From Myxococcota bacterium (lineage in GTDB: Bacteria > Myxococcota_A > UBA796 > SXON01), in NCBI GenBank assembly GCA_040386535.1, contig JAZKFH010000030.1:58543-122542 (forward strand): a stretch of DNA of 64,000 bases, given 5' to 3'. Position 1 is the first letter of the stretch, and the number at the start of each line of letters is the position of its first letter. The position numbers were made by a program, and so were the translations under genes. Positions 58,119-64,000 of this stretch are shown one piece after another. Below the pieces are notes generated by a model, which did not search any database, was not told the DNA's origin, and saw only the letters and a program-made list of their open reading frames with translations.

Positions 58119-61100
58119 GTGAAACCACCACAAGAAGCGCGTCCGATCCAGTTCGAGTGGCTCGGCGGGCCGCAACGCCGGGCGATCGACGACATCCATG
58201 CTTCGCTCCTCGCGATCGTCCAGGAGAATCGCGAGGCCCATCAGCCCAACGAGCCGGTTGCGGACGATCCCTGGGCAATGGTCGACACGCGGCGCAGCAA
58301 CCGCGCCTTGTTCGTCGATGGTCCACGCGGCATGGGGAAGAGCGCGGTGCTCGTGACCTTGCTCCACGGGTGGAGGCAGGCGGCGGACGGGCAGCCGGCG
58401 AGCTGGTCCGCGTTCGAGCCCGGCGCAAAGGAGGCGGAGGCCACGTTCGCGCCGCTCGCTGACCTCGTGCGCGCGCTCCCCATCCGGGACTTCACCCCGT
58501 TGGCGGACCACATCCCGCTTCGCGCCTGGCTGCTCCAGTCGTTCCACGACCTCGCGCAGCGCGCGGACGGGGACCAGACGAAGGCGAGCCGAGGCCGCGT
58601 CGTGCAGAAGGGCACAGAGCACGCGGACGCGTGGGGGGACCTGTTTAAGAAGGCCGTCGCGGGGTGGGAGTCCGTGCGGACGCCCGCTCGCGCAGCGATC
58701 GAGCAGATCGTGGACCACCGCCTCCAGATCCGCAGCAGCTACGACTTCGGCCAACAGTTCCAACGGTTCCTCGACGGCGTGCTCGCGTCCGCCCACGAGC
58801 GCGGGGTCCTCCCGTCGCAGGACACGGTCCTTGTCGTCACCATCGACGATCTCGACCTTCAGGTCGATCGGGTCAGGGAGCTGCTGGACGCGATTCGCCT
58901 GCTCCACCATCCGCGGCTGGTGTGGCTCTGCGCGGGCGACTGGCGCCTGCTCGTGCACGCCGTCGCCGACGACTTTGAAGGCGCCGCGTTGCACCAGCTC
59001 GGGACGCACCGCCGCTCAAAGGTGCACGCATCACGTGCGAAGAGTCTGGCCCGTGCCGTGTGTACGAAGACGTTTCCGAACCCGCTGCCGCTCCGCAAGC
59101 TCTCGCTGGGGGAGATCCTGGCAGCCGAGGAGGGGCGCTGCACGAGGGTGCTCGATACGCTGCGGACGAAGCCCGACGCCGGCGAGGAGCCCCTCGGCAC
59201 CTGGCTGGGCGCCCTCGCGGAGGCAGATCCGGCGCCGCTGCTTACTTGGCGCGAGCTGCGGCATCGTCTGGATGCGACGCCAGCGCGGCCGGAGCGTCAC
59301 CACGCGCTCGCGCTGCTGCGGACCATCCTCGATCCCGAGGATCGCCGGACCGACACGCTCGGGCGCCGTCCCGGGAAGGGGCCGAGCGGGTGGGTGGACT
59401 ATCGGGAGGACGTCGAGATCCGCGCGGAGTCGCCCCGGGAGCGGAGCTGGAACCTGCTCGGCGGCGGCCGCGTTAACATCGCGAGGCGGGTACGTTTTTC
59501 TGGCGGTCCGCGAGCACGCCTCGCGTTGTCTCTGGCCGCGGCAACAAGCGACGTGAAGGCGCGCGGCGTCACGATGGACTACGGGCCTATCCTTGCTTGG
59601 ACGACCCTTCCCGGTGCGCTGGTGTGGTGGCCCTGGGTCGACCGTCCCTACTCCCCGGTCGACCTCCTTCGGATGGCGGAGAGCTGGGCGTTCTGGGTGG
59701 ACTGTGCGGCGGCGAACGGCCGAGGGGTGGACGCGCTGGTCTACGGATGGATCGCCCTGCAGGGCAAGCTCGAACCCGAGATGGCAGTCCTCGAGGAGGA
59801 CGTGCTGGTGGAGGGAGCGGCGTGGCAGGCCCTGGTCGGGCGCGTGGGGAAGTCCACCGATCCCGCCGTCGGCCGCTGGGCGGAGACGTCGCTGCCGATC
59901 TTCGCGGCCCCGGAGTTCGGAATGTCGGATCGCGCGGCCGAGGCACTGGCGCGCGCCTGCGCCGCCGGCATGCTGCTTGATGGCGACGCCAACCTCTCGG
60001 TGCTGGTCGACATCTGGCACTCCAACCGCCGCCGGATCTTCCTCCCGGACGCGGTTGGACAGGCTCGGGACGCCGAGGCCCGTCGCGCGGGAACCACGGT
60101 CACCGAGCCTTGGCCGACCGAGGCAGACGCGCTGCCGCTGGATCGCGCGCTCCAAAGCGCGCGGCCGGATTCGCCCTGGTACCACCTCCGAGACCCCGAG
60201 GGGTGGTGGCTGGGCTCTCCGGTGATCGACGGGTTCCTGCGCTGGTTGCGCGCGAAACCGCGGCGCGCTGGACTGTTCGAGTACGAACGTGGCAGGGCGA
60301 CGCTCGCCGGGCGGATGTTCGGCAGGGGGCTGCGCGTCCCGGGGCTCACACTTAGCGCGCAGCTCCTGACCCAGGTGGATGGCGGGCTGGCCGCGGTCGT
60401 CACGGCGTACCGGCACCTCGCAGCAATGTTGTGCACGCGGGTTGGCACGGATCCGGAGGGCCAAGACTGGCGCGCCCTCGCCAAACAGGTGGAGCTTCGG
60501 CCCGGCGGGCGCGGGGTGCGCGTGCGCCCCGCCGTACGGCTCGAGCACGTGACCGAACTCGTGGGCGGCGGGCGCCCCTATCACAAGCTCACCGCCTGGC
60601 AGATTGAGGGGCTCGCGGAGGCGCCCGATGTCGTGCGCGTCGCGCTCGCCGCTTGGCTCGGGCTCCTCCAGAACGAGTGTGCGTCCGACAGTCTTCCTAT
60701 GGACGGCTTCTCCTGGAGCGCGCCCACGCTTCTGGTCCTCGGTGGCGAACCCCTTCCTTTGCCACCGTTCCCGCGGTGGGCCGACGTCCAGCTCTTCGCG
60801 TCGGCCTGGGAGGCCCGACACCTCGAGTTCGAGACCGCGCCGATGTCCGAGGAGAGCCGTACGGAGTGGCTAGTCGTCGCGTACCTCGACCTCGCAATCA
60901 CGTTGTTCTCAGGCGCGTGGATCGATCAGTGGCGCGAACGCACGCAGCCCGGCTACCGGAACGAGCCGATCCACGGAAACTGGAACGTCATGGGAGCCGG
61001 TCCGGCATCTTCGGAGCTGGTCGCCTGGGTGCGCGCGATCCAGACCGGGCAGACGTACCTCTCTCTTCCCGAGGACTATCGGAAGGCCTTTCTCACGAAT

Positions 61101-61127
61101 GACAGCCGCTTCTCTGGCTCCCGGTAG
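58119..61127 (+). CDS. rdrA: RADAR RdrA-like P-loop ATPase (KAP-like)
   Basis: Walker A GPRGMGKS, Walker B VVTIDDLDL, about 1000 aa, directly upstream of a deaminase. Confidence 0.7.
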   Translation: MKPPQEARPIQFEWLGGPQRRAIDDIHASLLAIVQENREAHQPNEPVADDPWAMVDTRRSNRALFVDGPRGMGKSAVLVTLLHGWRQAADGQPASWSAFEPGAKEAEATFAPLADLVRALPIRDFTPLADHIPLRAWLLQSFHDLAQRADGDQTKASRGRVVQKGTEHADAWGDLFKKAVAGWESVRTPARAAIEQIVDHRLQIRSSYDFGQQFQRFLDGVLASAHERGVLPSQDTVLVVTIDDLDLQVDRVRELLDAIRLLHHPRLVWLCAGDWRLLVHAVADDFEGAALHQLGTHRRSKVHASRAKSLARAVCTKTFPNPLPLRKLSLGEILAAEEGRCTRVLDTLRTKPDAGEEPLGTWLGALAEADPAPLLTWRELRHRLDATPARPERHHALALLRTILDPEDRRTDTLGRRPGKGPSGWVDYREDVEIRAESPRERSWNLLGGGRVNIARRVRFSGGPRARLALSLAAATSDVKARGVTMDYGPILAWTTLPGALVWWPWVDRPYSPVDLLRMAESWAFWVDCAAANGRGVDALVYGWIALQGKLEPEMAVLEEDVLVEGAAWQALVGRVGKSTDPAVGRWAETSLPIFAAPEFGMSDRAAEALARACAAGMLLDGDANLSVLVDIWHSNRRRIFLPDAVGQARDAEARRAGTTVTEPWPTEADALPLDRALQSARPDSPWYHLRDPEGWWLGSPVIDGFLRWLRAKPRRAGLFEYERGRATLAGRMFGRGLRVPGLTLSAQLLTQVDGGLAAVVTAYRHLAAMLCTRVGTDPEGQDWRALAKQVELRPGGRGVRVRPAVRLEHVTELVGGGRPYHKLTAWQIEGLAEAPDVVRVALAAWLGLLQNECASDSLPMDGFSWSAPTLLVLGGEPLPLPPFPRWADVQLFASAWEARHLEFETAPMSEESRTEWLVVAYLDLAITLFSGAWIDQWRERTQPGYRNEPIHGNWNVMGAGPASSELVAWVRAIQTGQTYLSLPEDYRKAFLTNDSRFSGSR

Positions 61128-63302
61128 ATGGTGCCGCTGGAGCGCCTCGTGGCGGACGCGGCGTGCCTCCCGCTCACCGAATGGGGAGCCTACACCGGCG
61201 TGGCCGACCGCTGGGATGCCCGGTATGGCGACTGGCTCCAACGGCGGCTGGTGGCCTGGCGCGCGCCCCACTTGGCAGCAGAGGTCGAGCGGGCGGTGGT
61301 CGGGGCGCGCGGGGCCCATGTGCTGGAGATCCTGCAGACCTTTGCCGCCCAGGTGTTTAGCGGGGACCCGAGCCAGGGGCGGCCCTGCTCGGCCGGAGCT
61401 TGTGATGCGTCGGGGAGCGTGTGCGACACGTGTGCCCGCGAGGTGATGGCTTGGCGCCACGCCACGCTCCGCGTCCCGCCGCTCGTCTGGCGGGTGCTCG
61501 CGGCCCACACACCTGTGCCTCCCCGCGCGACGCGCCCAAGAGCTGCGCTCCTCCACGTGCACGCTACCGAGGTGACCACGTTCGACGAGCTTTGGCCGGC
61601 GCTCCTGCGGGGCGTGTACTGCGCGGGTCCGGGGGGGCTCGAGCTGGAACTCGGGCGTGTGAGGTCTTCTGCTCGTCTGCCTCCGACATGGGCGAACCTC
61701 CTCTTCAACGCGGCCCTCCTGCTGGTGCACCTCCGCGCTCGGCTGCGCGCGTACCCCGACCCCGCCGAGACGAGCCCCCGGATTAAGCGTCGCATCGAGC
61801 TGTGCGCCTCTGGATGGGTAGCCCGCACCGGCGATCTGGTCGATCGCGAACAGCTCCTTGAGGACCAGCCGTGGGCGTTTGAGGAGGAGGTACTCCGTGA
61901 AGGGCTGCTTCGTCGCGACGTGCGCGGGCTTGTACTTCAGTATCTTCGTCTTCGTACGAGCCTATACGTGCAGCTCGTCCACGATCCCGTGGACGTCGGG
62001 CTCGGCGCGTACCGCGGCTGCTACGACCGGGCCCAGCCGTTGCGGAACTGGCCCGGCTTCCACCACGTTCGCGGAGGCGAACCGCTCGCACTCTGGCTCG
62101 TGGAGCGCGCCGGCTCTGAGCGGGAGGTCGACGTCAAAGGCGTGGAGGTGCGTCTGGGCATCACACAGGCGATCAAGCTCGCCGGCCAGCTCGATGCGCG
62201 CCGCGCGACCGTTGGCACCGAGGTGGGGGTCGTGGGGACCTTCATCCGACGTCGCGGTTCGGACCTGGAGACCTCGTTGGAGGACTGTGCAAGGGCCCAC
62301 AGGAGGCCCCTCCATCGTCTGATCGAGACGCTCGTCTCGACCCCGGACACGCGGCTCGTGGGTCTCGACGTCGCGGGCGACGAAATGGGGGAGCCCTGCT
62401 GGGTGGTGGCGCCAGTGATCGAGGAGATACGAGCGGAGGTGCATGCGGAGGTGGGAAGGCGAGTACCCCTCACAGTCCACCTGTCGGAGACCTTCCGGGG
62501 ACCGATCTCGGGCTTGCGCCAGCTGGCGGAGCCGCTCGCCTACGGGATGTTGGAGAGGCACGATCGCGTAGGACACGGCATTGTGGCCGGGCTCGATCTC
62601 AGCGCGCTGGCGCGACGGCAGTCGACGGTCCTCCAGCCGAGGATCGAGCGCATCTGGGACCTCGCGTTCCTAATCTGGGCGCGCACGCGCTGGCCACGCG
62701 TGGGCGGGCTCGACGAGCCGGGCGCGTTGGCGGAGGCCTACACCGAGGAGGTCGAGAAGCTCTCCCTTGCCGAGTTCGGACACACACTGACGGCCGTAGA
62801 GCTCTGCTCCACCTGGGAGTCGCTCGCGGATCGAAGCCGCTGGGTCAGCTTCCTGGCGGCGGGCGCGGTCACACCCGACCTCGTTTTCTTCCAGCGCGTG
62901 CTTCGCTGTCACGACGGGGATCCCGTCCGCGTCCAGGTGCCGATCCGGGAGCGCGAGATCCGGTTGCTTCCCTGGATCCAGTCTCGCGTCCTCATGGAGT
63001 ACGCGGCGCTCCGCGTGACGATCGAGATCAACCCAACGTCCAACCTGCTAACACAGGGGTTTGATGTGCCCGTCGCCCAGCCCGGCTTCCACCCGAAGGG
63101 CTACGAGCGCGTCACGATCTCCACGGATTGCCCTCGCGCCTTCGCCGCTTCTCTCAGCGACGAGTTGCTCGTCGCCCGCGCAGGGCTCCACCTCGCTGGT
63201 GTCGCTGCCGACGAGGCGGAGACGTGGATAAAGGGGGCCGTCGAGCGATCCTGGACAAGCCGGTTCTCGCGCGCGACCCACAGAATTCGACTGGTCTCGT
63301 AG
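61128..63302 (+). CDS. rdrB: RADAR RdrB-like adenosine deaminase
   Basis: HVH, GLDVAGDE, TVHLSE, RVGHG, EINPTSN, STD motifs; starts immediately after the rdrA stop. Confidence 0.75.
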   Translation: MVPLERLVADAACLPLTEWGAYTGVADRWDARYGDWLQRRLVAWRAPHLAAEVERAVVGARGAHVLEILQTFAAQVFSGDPSQGRPCSAGACDASGSVCDTCAREVMAWRHATLRVPPLVWRVLAAHTPVPPRATRPRAALLHVHATEVTTFDELWPALLRGVYCAGPGGLELELGRVRSSARLPPTWANLLFNAALLLVHLRARLRAYPDPAETSPRIKRRIELCASGWVARTGDLVDREQLLEDQPWAFEEEVLREGLLRRDVRGLVLQYLRLRTSLYVQLVHDPVDVGLGAYRGCYDRAQPLRNWPGFHHVRGGEPLALWLVERAGSEREVDVKGVEVRLGITQAIKLAGQLDARRATVGTEVGVVGTFIRRRGSDLETSLEDCARAHRRPLHRLIETLVSTPDTRLVGLDVAGDEMGEPCWVVAPVIEEIRAEVHAEVGRRVPLTVHLSETFRGPISGLRQLAEPLAYGMLERHDRVGHGIVAGLDLSALARRQSTVLQPRIERIWDLAFLIWARTRWPRVGGLDEPGALAEAYTEEVEKLSLAEFGHTLTAVELCSTWESLADRSRWVSFLAAGAVTPDLVFFQRVLRCHDGDPVRVQVPIREREIRLLPWIQSRVLMEYAALRVTIEINPTSNLLTQGFDVPVAQPGFHPKGYERVTISTDCPRAFAASLSDELLVARAGLHLAGVAADEAETWIKGAVERSWTSRFSRATHRIRLVS

Positions 63303-63375
63303 TACTGGTCAGGCCGGGGAGGGCGTCCAGCCAGCGCACGCCCAAGCGGGCGACCGAAGTCGCGGTCCGCTCAAG

Positions 63376-64000
63376 TCAGCCGAGTGTTTCTTGTCGCTTC
63401 GGCACCTGCCCGGCCGCCAGCCGACTCATCAACCCGAACGCCGACCGCCAGTCGGGCCCCCGAGCCGCCGCCTGAAAGTGTGCCCATCTCAGTAGGTGAA
63501 GGCACACGAACTCGTCGGTGCTGAGCACATCGACGCCCGCCGCGATCCGCTCGACGAGCACCGCGAGTTCTTCCTCCGGGAGCGCCCAGGCGACGCCGTC
63601 ACGCGGGGGTTGCTGGGGTGGCCCGGTGAGCTCATCGTAGGCGGCCTCCCGGCACAGGGCCGGAAAACGCTCCCAGAGTGTCCGCCACGTCGAGGCGGGT
63701 TCCATCCCCCCGAGGCGCGCGGCGATCAACCTACCCGCCTGCTCCTCGGGGATGTAGTCAAGGCCGTGGAGCGTCTCGGTGGGATTGGCGCGCCACCAAC
63801 CGAGGATGGCATCCCACGCGGCGGGGCTCAACCAGGCCCAAGCGATCCCCTCGCCGGACTCGAGGGCTCCGGAAAACACTGTCAACAGCACATCGGGCGG
63901 CAAAGCTCGCCAGACCCGCTCGCCGAGCTCATCAGAGAGCTTCCCCTGTCCCATCCCACGAATTCCACCCACCCCACCACCCCCTCGTCCCACATCCAGC
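63376..64000 (-). CDS. hypothetical protein, C-terminal part (start beyond the window)
   Basis: Open helical, Trp-rich reading frame converging on rdrB. Confidence 0.5.
   Translation of the reverse strand, partial: LDVGRGGGGVGGIRGMGQGKLSDELGERVWRALPPDVLLTVFSGALESGEGIAWAWLSPAAWDAILGWWRANPTETLHGLDYIPEEQAGRLIAARLGGMEPASTWRTLWERFPALCREAAYDELTGPPQQPPRDGVAWALPEEELAVLVERIAAGVDVLSTDEFVCLHLLRWAHFQAAARGPDWRSAFGLMSRLAAGQVPKRQETLG

Larger units (their letters stand above)
52437..64000. mobile_element. tRNA-integrated genomic island (defence island); right end outside the window
   Basis: att-like tRNA fragment, nearby direct repeats, Rep-like ORF and two defence systems. No integrase is seen in the window. 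Confidence 0.65.

Overview
High-GC bacterial DNA that looks myxobacterial (Myxococcota-like): TonB-fused receptors, D/T-repeat lipoproteins, a MYXO-CTERM-like tail, Ser/Thr kinases and an MxcH/MxcI-like pair. Positions 1-52.4 kb look like chromosomal backbone with accessory patches. They contain a PstS-like/porin/ExbBD-TonB uptake cluster; a lower-GC cassette of aromatic amino acid hydroxylase, aromatic amino acid decarboxylase, 2OG-Fe(II) dioxygenase and EamA exporter (a candidate monoamine pathway); PLC/PLD; a GH6 cellulase; a Fur-boxed siderophore receptor pair; an ECF sigma/anti-sigma unit with two matching promoters; NorE/NorF-like genes divergent from an unusual RIC/hemerythrin-radical SAM (Tes-like) fusion under back-to-back sigma54 promoters; an HD plus nucleotidyltransferase pair; and an 11-bp tandem array. 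A 28-bp tRNA 3'-end duplicate at 52437-52464, with a terminator on its left, marks the probable left border of an integrated element that continues past the window end. The element carries a wHTH replication-like ORF, a TerY-P triad and a divergent RADAR-like ATPase plus adenosine deaminase pair. All calls come from motif recognition by eye. No database searches were run, and many start codons were re-chosen from the ORF track.
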